DNA of 29,410 nucleotides. Source: an uncultured Fibrobacterota bacterium (GTDB lineage: Bacteria; Fibrobacterota; Chitinivibrionia; Chitinivibrionales; Chitinispirillaceae). The notes below the pieces were generated by a model, which had not been told where the DNA came from, ran no database searches, and was given only the letters and a program-made list of their open reading frames with translations. The position numbers and the translations under genes were made by a program. The DNA is taken from NCBI GenBank assembly GCA_903888815.1, contig CAISVC010000657.1, positions 1 to 29,410 on the forward strand. Reading direction: 5' to 3'. The first letter of the stretch is position 1. Every line of letters starts with the position of its first letter. Below, in pieces: positions 16,916-25,394 of this stretch.

Positions 16916-17395
16916 ATGAACCAGAAAATTACAATTCGCAGATTCGAGGGCAGCGACGCCGACAAGGTCAGCCGTCTCATTATCGAAAATCTGACCAGAA
17001 AAAATGTTCTTGAATTCGGGAAAGTTGCGGTGGCGCAGTTATCCCAATTTTATGCACCGCAGCAATTGCAGGAATTTGCAAAAAATGAAGAGATCTATAT
17101 TGCTTCCGATGCTTCGGACCTGGTCGGAACCGCCAGCCATGATAATGGCCGCATCAGGAATGTATTCGTTAAAATGGGCCGCCACCGGCAGGGGATCGGA
17201 TCGCAGCTGATCCGGCACTGCGAGGAGGTGGCGGCGCATCAGGGCAAGCTCAATGTGTTCCTGCTTGCTAATCTCTCAACCGTGGATTTTTACCAGGAGT
17301 TGGGGTACTCGATTATTGAAGAAAAAACCGAAATGATCGGCGCCGCTTCGCTGAACATGATGCTCATGGTAAAACGGCTGCCTCACCACAAATAA
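16916..17395 (+). CDS. GNAT-family N-acetyltransferase
   Basis: IRNVFV...HRQGIGSQLI (acetyl-CoA motif A), ANLSTVDFYQELGY. Confidence 0.85.
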   Translation: MNQKITIRRFEGSDADKVSRLIIENLTRKNVLEFGKVAVAQLSQFYAPQQLQEFAKNEEIYIASDASDLVGTASHDNGRIRNVFVKMGRHRQGIGSQLIRHCEEVAAHQGKLNVFLLANLSTVDFYQELGYSIIEEKTEMIGAASLNMMLMVKRLPHHK

Positions 17396-17460
17396 TTATT
17401 TTTGTTATCTATCTATCTTCACCTGCTCCACCTTTCTGCTGCCAATTACTATTCGCGGAA

Positions 17461-18438
17461 TTACACAAGCGGCAGTTCATGTAACGCTGATAAAAACTCC
17501 TGGTCTGATATCCCGGTGTTCTGGATTGCCTCCGCGCACAGCGCGATGCGGGGCATGTCGCGCCGCAGATTATTCCATGAGTATCCGGCGTCAAACAGGT
17601 GGCCGGCAAACACGGGCAATCCGCGTACATTTTCCGACATTATCGGGGACAGGCTATAGTCCGGCGGCATTTCGGTATACGGCGCAACACTCCGGCAGAA
17701 CGCAATCGTGTCGTTGATGACCTCAGCTGCCGTAAAGGCCTTTACGGCGCTCCTTTCCCGTTCCTGGATCTCGTTCTCGTGGTGCAGACACACATGAAAA
17801 CTTTCGCGGATTTCGGAGAGCGGCGGCCCTGCGGCGAGCAGGCGGGAAACATCGAACACGTGCTTGAGCCGCTGCGCTTCTTTCCCTTTACCCACCGGAA
17901 TGCCGAGTGTGTTCGGGCCTAAGGTGAGCAGCTTGTCGCCGATGATACTCGACGGAAACGGCAGCTCGACAAGCGTTGCGCTTTCGTAAAGTTTTCCGCA
18001 CACGATTTTTTTCTTTTCGGTTTTGTACGGGGTGCGGCGCAGCTGCGCGTCGAGCATGATGGAGGTCTCGGTTCCGCCCTTTATCGCAGAATCAAAATAA
18101 AGGTAATAGCTCGCTATGGGCAACCACGGTTTTGTTTTATGCTGCCTTTTTTCCCAGCGCTTAAACACCCGGAACCGTTTAACAATCGCATCCAGTGTTT
18201 CCTCAATCTGTTCACGCGATGCGCCGGTTGCGATGTCCACGTCGATTGAAAACCGTTTCGGCTCAGGGAGAATGAGTAGCAGCGAATTGCCGCCCTTGAA
18301 CTGAAATTGCAGCCCGGCTTCGACCAGCTCGGCAACCAGCTCAAGACAGTGCACCGCCTCTTCGGCCAGTGTTGCCGGCGCATTGAAGCGATGTTTCTCG
18401 ATATGTTCGCGGGTAAAGAATCGAAGATTAGTTATCAT
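17461..18438 (-). CDS. AbiEii/AbiGii-family (DUF1814-like) nucleotidyltransferase
   Basis: FKGGNSLLL...KRFSIDVDI (NTase motifs I/II), IIGDKLLTLGPNTLGIP, and KHVFDV (motif IV-like). Confidence 0.8.
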   Translation of the reverse strand: MITNLRFFTREHIEKHRFNAPATLAEEAVHCLELVAELVEAGLQFQFKGGNSLLLILPEPKRFSIDVDIATGASREQIEETLDAIVKRFRVFKRWEKRQHKTKPWLPIASYYLYFDSAIKGGTETSIMLDAQLRRTPYKTEKKKIVCGKLYESATLVELPFPSSIIGDKLLTLGPNTLGIPVGKGKEAQRLKHVFDVSRLLAAGPPLSEIRESFHVCLHHENEIQERERSAVKAFTAAEVINDTIAFCRSVAPYTEMPPDYSLSPIMSENVRGLPVFAGHLFDAGYSWNNLRRDMPRIALCAEAIQNTGISDQEFLSALHELPLV

Positions 18439-18445
18439 AATAATA

Positions 18446-18475
18446 AGTTTATCATTTGAAGTAAAAAATTAACAA
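18446..18475 (-). promoter_or_regulatory. Possible promoter giving a leaderless transcript of the AbiEii-like gene
   Basis: TTGTTA-N18-TAAACT with extended TGn. ATG lies 7 nt after the -10 and there is no SD. Confidence 0.35.
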
Positions 18476-18492
18476 CTTATAAATTCTTGTTC

Positions 18493-18870
18493 TGGGTGGC
18501 TGAGCCCAGTGCGCCGCCCGTTTCTAACGGTACCAAGCAATACACTCCTGATGGCGGGCACTGTCAAGCTGTCGTCTCACTTAAAATCAACTTCAAATAC
18601 AAACATCGCTGACCGGAGCTCTGAAGGAGCACCCCGTAGCTGTTTTACAGGCACACGCGCGGCCCGCGAGACGCAAGCGTGACCTTTCGCCGTAAGGCGA
18701 ATCGGCCTTGCAACACTGCAACAGAGCTGGACGCTTACGGTGAGCGGGGCAGTGCCGCATTGGGTGCCGAAAAAGAGCACACGGGGCGCTCCGTTGAAGC
18801 AGGACAACCTCGGTAATCAAAGTATTTGTAAGTAATATTTTTTGCTTGAGGCATGCGGCTCAGCCATCCA
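18493..18870. mobile_element. Putative non-autonomous (MITE-like) nested palindromic unit, 378 bp
   Basis: Terminal inverted repeats TGGGTGGCTGAGCC / GGCTCAGCCATCCA (13/14), ends TG...CA. Internal arms ACTTCAAATAC / GTATTTGTAAGT bracket element copy 2. No target-site duplication seen. Confidence 0.45.
18626..18792. repeat. Structured palindromic element, copy 2 (167 bp)
   Basis: GGAGCACCCCG...CGGGGCGCTCC terminal stem and TTCGCC-GTAA-GGCGAA hairpin. Blocks of 26/31 and 35/42 identity to 14278-14445 by manual alignment. Confidence 0.8.
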
Positions 18871-18889
18871 AAAAATCATTTTTATGTTA

Positions 18890-19987
18890 TTATTTAATCT
18901 CCACCAGCTCATACTTATCTTCCATTCCCAGTTTCCGGCAATAATCAAACATATACCCGCTTTTTATCTCCGGGCGCAGAGCGTCGAATACGTTCCCGGA
19001 CTTTACCTCCGCAGCGGCGCTCCCGGCAAGCTTCGGCGCTTTATTAATCATGTCAAGCGTTGCCCGGTCGAGCGCCAGGGGGTTGGCCGATGCTACAATG
19101 CCGATGTCCTGCACAACAGGCGCATCGTTGTAATCCCAGCAATCACAGTCCGGGCTGATTGACAGCGCAAAATTGACATACAGCGCCTTGCCCGCGAACC
19201 GCTCATGGAGCGCGGCAGCGTATTCGGCGACTTTTTCAATCAATGCCTCCCCATGTGAGTCCCATTGTATGCCCATTGCTCCGTAATTGCATGCCGCAAT
19301 GCACTGCCCGCAGCCGATGCAGGTAGTATAATTGATAACCGCCTTTTTATCCTTCATTGCAATCGCATGAACCGGACATCGACGGGCACACTGCTGACAT
19401 CCAACGCACTTTTCCGGTTTCTGAAGCGGATTGGAACCGGAATGGAGCTCAAGCTTGCCCGGCACTGCGGCGCAGCCCATGCCCATGTTCTTTATTGTGC
19501 CGCCGAATCCCATTTCGCAGTGGCCCTTGAAATGCGAGAGCATGACCAGCTTATCGGCCTGGCAGAGTGCCCCGCCGATCCTCGCCTTTTTCACGTGCTG
19601 TCCGTTCACCGGCAGTTCTTCGCAGTCAAGCCCGCGCAGTCCGTCGGCAACGATGAACGGCGCGCCGGCGGTTCCGCTGAAATAACCGTGCATCACCGCT
19701 GTTTCGTTATGATCAACCGCATTGTGCCTGCTGCCGCTGTAAAGCGTATTGGTGTCGGTCAGGAATGGCTTGGCGCCGCAGGCTTTCAGCTCCCGGACTA
19801 CCATCCGGGCGTAGTTATGGTTTACATAGGCAAGGTTGCCGCTTTCACCCACGTGGACTTTTATTGCGACAAGTTCACCGCGGCCGGCCAGTGCGTCCAG
19901 CCCCGCGCGTTTCAGCAGCCGCCCGAACTTGTCTTCGAGCGAGCAGCCGGCGCCGGCATGCAGGTTCATCCAGAATACGTTATCCAT
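18890..19987 (-). CDS. DUF362 domain protein with 2x[4Fe-4S] ferredoxin-like domain
   Basis: VAIKVHVGESGN, PFLTDTNTLYSGSRHNA, SHFKGHCEMGFGGTIKNMGMGCA, CVGCQQCARRCP and CIGCGQCIAACN, SPDCDCW. Start ATG 19987 with GGGAG SD. Confidence 0.9.
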   Translation of the reverse strand: MDNVFWMNLHAGAGCSLEDKFGRLLKRAGLDALAGRGELVAIKVHVGESGNLAYVNHNYARMVVRELKACGAKPFLTDTNTLYSGSRHNAVDHNETAVMHGYFSGTAGAPFIVADGLRGLDCEELPVNGQHVKKARIGGALCQADKLVMLSHFKGHCEMGFGGTIKNMGMGCAAVPGKLELHSGSNPLQKPEKCVGCQQCARRCPVHAIAMKDKKAVINYTTCIGCGQCIAACNYGAMGIQWDSHGEALIEKVAEYAAALHERFAGKALYVNFALSISPDCDCWDYNDAPVVQDIGIVASANPLALDRATLDMINKAPKLAGSAAAEVKSGNVFDALRPEIKSGYMFDYCRKLGMEDKYELVEIK

Positions 19988-20140
19988 TATCACTCCCTTG
20001 TGTGCCCTTTTAAGAATCAAAATACTTTTCTCTCGGCAGCTTCGCCTCTTTTAAAAAAGGAAAATATCATTAATTGCAATGCAGTTGAATTATATTTTTA
20101 AACAGTCGCCGATATTCATTATTTACATAATTGATTTACC

Positions 20141-21271
20141 ATGAAAAATATTCCGGGTTCTAAAATACTGACTGTTGCTGCAGCAGGTATTGTTGCGTTT
20201 TTTATTTCCTGCCACTTTCCCTATCAACCGGAACCTTTTGTTCTTCCGGAGATACCGTATAAATTTCCGAGCAGCACCGAAATTTCCGGCTTTTTCGGCA
20301 CTTCAAATGTGAAAATAGCCTATACGCTCAACGATAACGGAGTACGAACAGTGTATTACGTCGATTTGAGCGATACGGCGCCTTCGCCGAAGAAACTCAG
20401 GAAGCCGGCGGGCAAGGAAAATATCAATTCGGACAGCCCCCTGATTTCACCTGACGGATCGTTCGTCGTTTATTGTTTGCTGATGGGCAATACCGCCTAT
20501 GGGGCATACATGCAGAAACTCGATCCTGATGCGCCGCCGGTCCTCATCGCTGCAAACGGAACCCAGCCCCACTGGTGGACGGATATAGCGGGTCGCGTTT
20601 TTATTATTTATTCGGACCAATTTTTTGCTTCTAATCTTGTAACCGGCATCCATGCTACCTATAAACAGCAGGTCTCTTGTGCGGCCAACGGTTCGCTGAC
20701 AGGAGCAGCGGAAGTAATCGCTCCCTATCCCATGAACGGCGGTGTATCGAAGGATGGAAGATACCTCTGCACCGGCTATGCGGTTGCGGCGTTTTACGAC
20801 ATACCCTCCCTTACACTGGTTAATATTGATATAGGAGTACAGGTCTGCAACCCTTCAATCGATCCGGACACTATGCATCCCGACTGGATGATGTTCTTAA
20901 ACTTTGCCGGGAAACAGAATCTGAACAACCCCTATGAGCATAACGCAGATTTTCCTGCTGATGCGCAGGGTAATCTTGGCATGCATACGGTGCTCCTTAT
21001 TGTTGATGCCGGCAATACGGTGAAAGATTATGTGCCAATCAGTATCATGAAAGACAAGAACGGCGCTGCAATATGGCAGTGTCCCGAATGGTCCAATAAT
21101 CCGAACTTCGCGGCAGCGCTGACTTTAGCTAATGATAACGCAACTTCGGGAGACGGCGTCATCATTAAAAACATCGGGAATCCGACGGCCGCGAAAGAAA
21201 CGTTGATTTTCACAAGGGGAAACGGCAAATTGAATTCGAACTCTACCCCCTGCGTCTGGATCGGGAACTGA
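20141..21271 (+). CDS. Lipoprotein with TolB-like beta-propeller region (resembles the Fibrobacter TIGR02171-family domain)
   Basis: Lipobox VAFFIS-C24. SPLISPDGSFVVYC, NGGVSKDGRYLCTG, QVCNPSI, FLNFAG, MHTVLLIVD, PEWS. The family resemblance is from memory and was not searched. Confidence 0.65.
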   Translation: MKNIPGSKILTVAAAGIVAFFISCHFPYQPEPFVLPEIPYKFPSSTEISGFFGTSNVKIAYTLNDNGVRTVYYVDLSDTAPSPKKLRKPAGKENINSDSPLISPDGSFVVYCLLMGNTAYGAYMQKLDPDAPPVLIAANGTQPHWWTDIAGRVFIIYSDQFFASNLVTGIHATYKQQVSCAANGSLTGAAEVIAPYPMNGGVSKDGRYLCTGYAVAAFYDIPSLTLVNIDIGVQVCNPSIDPDTMHPDWMMFLNFAGKQNLNNPYEHNADFPADAQGNLGMHTVLLIVDAGNTVKDYVPISIMKDKNGAAIWQCPEWSNNPNFAAALTLANDNATSGDGVIIKNIGNPTAAKETLIFTRGNGKLNSNSTPCVWIGN

Positions 21272-21272
21272 A

Positions 21273-22469
21273 ATGAAGACGTTGTTCCGCCAATTGCCGA
21301 ACATGAAAAAAGTGCCATGGGTTCTGACCGCGGCGCTGATGCTTGTCGGTATCGGCGTGTTCCTGTGCATCCTGTTTCTAAAGCAGCAGACGGACGCGGA
21401 CCTTTTGTTGCTCACGCCGTGGCAATGCGTGGGCGGATGCGGGGCCGGAGGATCCGGAGGGACCGGCGCGGAGGTGAAATGGATCGGTACCGGCGTGAGC
21501 GGCGGTCTTATCGACATGGAAGTGATGGGAGCGAACACCATCGGCGAAAACTACCGATATCAGCAGATCAAGACACGGCTGAGTTATAAACCGACATGGA
21601 CAACCAACCTCGGTCTTACCATTCCAATCGTTTCGAAGATCGGAATGCTGCAGCCGAAAACAAATATCGATGACAAGACCGAAATGACCGGCGGCCTGGC
21701 GGACATCATGATCGATTTTTCGAAAAACATCGGCATGGAAGGCCAGTACTCATTGACGTTCAATCTGACGCTTCCGACCGGTCAATACGATATTAAAAGG
21801 GGTAAGGAACGTGAAATGGTCTACCTGCCCACCACGCTCCAGCGCGGGAGCGGCACCTACACCGCATCTCTCGGCATCTGCCGGACCACCGATGTCGAAA
21901 AAGGCCTGTGGATCATGGAGGCCTATTATAACCATCCTTTTGCCGTCAATTTCCATGGAAAGAACGCCTTCATCAATGACAGCTACGATCAGTACTCGGA
22001 CCTGAACAGCCGCTGGAACCTGCTTTCCGCAAAAGACAGGGGGCGGTTTGAGTACTGTTTCAAGCCGTACGGAGAAAACGATCTTGGCGGCTATACGCCG
22101 CCGAGTATCACTGCGGCAGTTTACTATGGATACCGCGGGATAGAGCACTACGTACACTCGTTCGGCGCAAAAGTATGGGTACCGCTGGGAGTGATGTGGA
22201 TTCCCGATTTTTCCGCGAGCAGCTATAATCCGGTTCCTGACCCGGATAATAAAACATGGTCGCTGACACTCCATTACGGGCTCGAATTCTCACGGCCCGA
22301 GTATCCGATCTTCATTGCAATCAATAAAATCATCACCAGCGGATCCGATAAATCAGATATGAAAAATGCCTTCGATGAACGCGCCCTCAGGAAATGGAGA
22401 ACGCCTGACATGAAAGACCTGCTCAATATGTGGACGTTCGCGATCGGCATCAAGACAACAATGTTTTAA
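21273..22469 (+). CDS. Hypothetical outer-membrane beta-barrel (transporter-like) protein
   Basis: Hydrophobic N-terminus, CVGGCG motif, GGLADIMIDF...LTLPTGQYD resembling MetA-pathway/transporter barrels, C-terminal Phe. Starts 1 bp after the upstream stop. Confidence 0.55.
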   Translation: MKTLFRQLPNMKKVPWVLTAALMLVGIGVFLCILFLKQQTDADLLLLTPWQCVGGCGAGGSGGTGAEVKWIGTGVSGGLIDMEVMGANTIGENYRYQQIKTRLSYKPTWTTNLGLTIPIVSKIGMLQPKTNIDDKTEMTGGLADIMIDFSKNIGMEGQYSLTFNLTLPTGQYDIKRGKEREMVYLPTTLQRGSGTYTASLGICRTTDVEKGLWIMEAYYNHPFAVNFHGKNAFINDSYDQYSDLNSRWNLLSAKDRGRFEYCFKPYGENDLGGYTPPSITAAVYYGYRGIEHYVHSFGAKVWVPLGVMWIPDFSASSYNPVPDPDNKTWSLTLHYGLEFSRPEYPIFIAINKIITSGSDKSDMKNAFDERALRKWRTPDMKDLLNMWTFAIGIKTTMF

Positions 22470-22494
22470 TGGCGCCCCGGCGGTCTGATTGCTT

Positions 22495-23481
22495 ATGCGC
22501 CTTCCCTATTTCCGACGTACGTTTCTCCTCCTGAGTGTTGCTTTTTTCGTCATCGGCTGCGCGACTGATACCCAAAAAAAATCCGGAAACGCCGACACTG
22601 CCTTCCCTTTTCTTGACGACACCCTTTCGCTGCAAAATGCCTGCTGTCTGATTTCATCACATCTCTGTTCCGTTCTTCACAGCAACGATACCGCTTCCCT
22701 CGCATCGTTCAATCGCACGCTTGACAGCGCAGCAGAGGCGATCCGGAAAAAATCAGGGAGCGGAAAAAACAACTATGCGACACTCGACGCGATCCGGAGC
22801 CTTGTTTATGGGACGTGGAACATCGGTTTTGACCCCCGCGATACCCTGATCGAAACCCTGCTCCCGCATCTGGTGTTCCGGAACAGGAAAGGGGCCTGCC
22901 TCGGCGTCTCACTTGTCATTCTTATGCTTGCCGAGAAGCTTAGCTGCCCGGTCTACGGCGTCATGCTGCCAGGCCACTTTTTCTGCCGCTACGATGACGG
23001 CGCGCACCGCATCAATATCGAGCCCAATAAACAGGGGTGCGCCCATCCCGACGATTACTACCGCAAACGCTATCCTGCCGAAAACCGGCCGTGGTACGAC
23101 CTCGGTAACCTGACGCCCGCCGCGGTGGTGGGCGTCTATTGCTACGATGCAGGCACGCTTTGCCTGAACCGGAAGCAGTCCGCTGCCGCAATTGACTTTT
23201 TCAAAGAGAGTATCCGCCGGATTCCCGATTTCGCCGAGGCACAGGGCAATCTTGCCGTATCATATGCACAGAAAAAAGCCTTGGACACGGCCATGACCCT
23301 GTTTGAAAAGGTATATGGCGCGCATCCCGATTTAATCAACCTTACGGCGAATTACGGTGCTGTCGCGATGGCGGCCGGCCGATACGGCAAGGCACGGGAG
23401 GTATATCTGAAGGGTCTGGAGTTTTTTCCGGATGATACGATGCTACATAAGGGATTGGAAGAGGCAAAAAGGCATCTGTAA
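22495..23481 (+). CDS. Transglutaminase-like (SirB1-type) domain protein with C-terminal TPRs, exported
   Basis: Signal/lipoprotein-like N-terminus (FFVIGC). KGACLGVS...MLPGHFFCRY...NIEP. TPRs (AEAQGNLAVSY, NYGAVAMAAGRYGKAREVYLKGL). An alternative TTG start lies at 22489. Confidence 0.75.
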   Translation: MRLPYFRRTFLLLSVAFFVIGCATDTQKKSGNADTAFPFLDDTLSLQNACCLISSHLCSVLHSNDTASLASFNRTLDSAAEAIRKKSGSGKNNYATLDAIRSLVYGTWNIGFDPRDTLIETLLPHLVFRNRKGACLGVSLVILMLAEKLSCPVYGVMLPGHFFCRYDDGAHRINIEPNKQGCAHPDDYYRKRYPAENRPWYDLGNLTPAAVVGVYCYDAGTLCLNRKQSAAAIDFFKESIRRIPDFAEAQGNLAVSYAQKKALDTAMTLFEKVYGAHPDLINLTANYGAVAMAAGRYGKAREVYLKGLEFFPDDTMLHKGLEEAKRHL

Positions 23482-23494
23482 CCTATTTTTTCAC

Positions 23495-23584
23495 GTAGGG
23501 GCGGGGTAATCCCGCCCGGAAAAGTTTCCTGACCATCCGTATAACCACGTAAATTAGACTTGGGCGCGACAACCGCGCCCCTAC
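23495..23584. repeat. REP doublet (REPIN-like), GTAG family
   Basis: GTAGGGGCGGGGTAATCCCGCCC (23495-23517) and inverted GGGCGCGACAACCGCGCCCCTAC (23562-23584). Each is GTAG plus a GC hairpin, separated by a 44-bp spacer. Confidence 0.75.
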
Positions 23585-23619
23585 ATGGGGAACTACTGGT
23601 GTATTTTAAAATTGCCCGT

Positions 23620-25296
23620 ATGAAAAATTTCTGGCCTGAAATCAGACCTTATTCCCCGGTACTTCTGTGTGCGGTCCTGGCCGCCTTTTTCGTTTACTTC
23701 CCCATCACCGACGCCGACATTTTCTGGCACCTCGCAGCCGGAAAGGAAATGGTCGCCCATAAATGCTTTCTCCACACCGACCCGTTTGCCTATACGCTCG
23801 CATCACCGCGCTGGATCGATCTTCACTGGCTTTTCCAGCTCCTCGTATACGGCCTTTATTCTGCGGGCGGAGAACGGGCGCTTATTTTTTTCAAACTGGC
23901 CGCCGTGTCAGGTGTTTCTGTGCTGCTCTGCCTGACCCACCGATCTTCGAGATATATGCTTTGCGCAGCATTCCTCACTGCACTCCTGTTCTACGAAGCG
24001 CGCTATCTGATCGATATCCGTCCAGTCCTTATTACCATGCTATGCATGGCAGCGTATGTCTTTCTCTTTGAGCATGCCCGGCTGAAAGGGAAAATGGGGC
24101 TCCTCTGGCTGTGCATGCCTTTACAGATCGTATGGTCCAACTCCCAGGGTCTCTATATGATCGGCCTGCTTATCATCGGCGCCTACTGGGTGGAAAGCCT
24201 GTGGCATTTTTTCAGGCATACGGGCAACCCACCGATACAAGAAACCGCGCTTCTGCTGCTCTGCGCCGCTTCCTGCCTGATAAATCCCTACGGGATTGCC
24301 GGGCTTCGGCTGCCGTTCGAGCTTTTTTCGCGCATCACCCCTGCTGTCAAAAACATTTACTCCCTGAATATCTCCGAAAACGTGCCGCTGTTTTCCTGTA
24401 CCGGTTATGATGCAGTCTATCGGACTACGGTCATGGTTACCGCTATTATTGCCTGCCTTCTTTTCATGTACCGCAGAAAAAACGTTCGTCTCGCCCATAT
24501 TGTTCTTTTCACGGGATTCCTATTCCTTGCCATGAATGCGATGCGTAACGTTGTGCTCTATATTGTCATTATCGTTCCGATCATCGGCTATTACGCGGAT
24601 TTCCATGGGGCAGAAAGCTTACACGGTATACTGCCGGTACGGATTCGCCGCGGTATCGCGATTGCCGCATCGGCAATCGCCGCATCAGCACTCGCGGCTC
24701 CCCTTGTTCATCATATCTCGATAGTCAAGCTCTATCCTCCCCATCGAACCCTCTCCCCTTTCCGCTTCCCGGAAAAAATCACCGCCCATATTGAACGCAA
24801 TCCGATCCCGGGCAATATGTTCAACGACATCAGGTACGGCGGCTATCTGCTCTGGCGTCTCTATCCGGACAAAAAAGTATTCATCGATACGCGTCTCATT
24901 ATCCGCCAGCCTGAATTTTTCGCTGAATATCTGGCCATCAGCGACCATCCGGAGCTTTTCGAGCACGTCGCGGAGAAATTCAACATTACCCATGCAATAC
25001 TGCCGTCCGCCCTTTTCACCAGACACCTGAAACTGATCCGGCGGCTCTATAAATCCGGTGAGTGGCATCTCGAATATACGGACGGCGCATCGGTTCTTTT
25101 TGTCCGGAACGGTATTCCGGGCCGGCCAAGCCTCGACCTTTCAAACGATGCCACGGTACGGAACATCATGGACAGTATAAGGGTGCAGTGGAACGATGCC
25201 CCCGGTGTTTATCGGGAGGCTATAAGCTATTTTTCCGATCTGCTTGAAAACTTTGAATTACATGAAGCTGCGATGCTGGTTAAACGCGGAAAATAA
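23620..25296 (+). CDS. Polytopic membrane protein, GT-C-like (DxxWHLxxG family)
   Basis: DADIFWHLAAG...DPFAYT...WIDLHWLFQ, RPVL, WSNSQG, LINPYG, many TM helices, and a C-terminal soluble domain MFNDIRYGGYLLW...KVFIDTR. Start moved to ATG 23620, outside the REP. Confidence 0.65.
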   Translation: MKNFWPEIRPYSPVLLCAVLAAFFVYFPITDADIFWHLAAGKEMVAHKCFLHTDPFAYTLASPRWIDLHWLFQLLVYGLYSAGGERALIFFKLAAVSGVSVLLCLTHRSSRYMLCAAFLTALLFYEARYLIDIRPVLITMLCMAAYVFLFEHARLKGKMGLLWLCMPLQIVWSNSQGLYMIGLLIIGAYWVESLWHFFRHTGNPPIQETALLLLCAASCLINPYGIAGLRLPFELFSRITPAVKNIYSLNISENVPLFSCTGYDAVYRTTVMVTAIIACLLFMYRRKNVRLAHIVLFTGFLFLAMNAMRNVVLYIVIIVPIIGYYADFHGAESLHGILPVRIRRGIAIAASAIAASALAAPLVHHISIVKLYPPHRTLSPFRFPEKITAHIERNPIPGNMFNDIRYGGYLLWRLYPDKKVFIDTRLIIRQPEFFAEYLAISDHPELFEHVAEKFNITHAILPSALFTRHLKLIRRLYKSGEWHLEYTDGASVLFVRNGIPGRPSLDLSNDATVRNIMDSIRVQWNDAPGVYREAISYFSDLLENFELHEAAMLVKRGK

Positions 25297-25299
25297 AAT

Positions 25300-25320
25300 A
25301 GGGCTCCAATAGAGCTTTTT
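25300..25320 (+). terminator. Weak intrinsic terminator
   Basis: GGGCTC-caata-GAGCTT followed by a T run, right after the stop at 25296. Confidence 0.35.
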
Positions 25321-25394
25321 CAGGTTAGCAGCGCGTCATATATTATAAAAGGCGATGAATTATATTTGAAAACAATCAATCGTTGGAGGATTCG

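Noticed and set aside
16916-17395. GNAT as a TacT/AtaT-type toxin or as the antitoxin of the AbiEii-like gene
   Set aside because: There is no RHH antitoxin gene upstream. It is convergent with, not co-transcribed with, the nucleotidyltransferase, and it looks like an ordinary small GNAT.
17406-17418. TATC microsatellite (about 3 units)
   Set aside because: Too short, and it lies between convergent gene ends, so a phase-variation role is implausible.
18577-18820. ORFs 18577-18807 and 18593-18820 as a small antitoxin for the AbiEii-like gene
   Set aside because: Both are translations of the palindromic element, with no SD and no HTH/AbiEi features.
23560-23619. TTG start for the membrane protein
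   Set aside because: It lies inside the REP unit. ATG 23620 gives a normal N-terminus.
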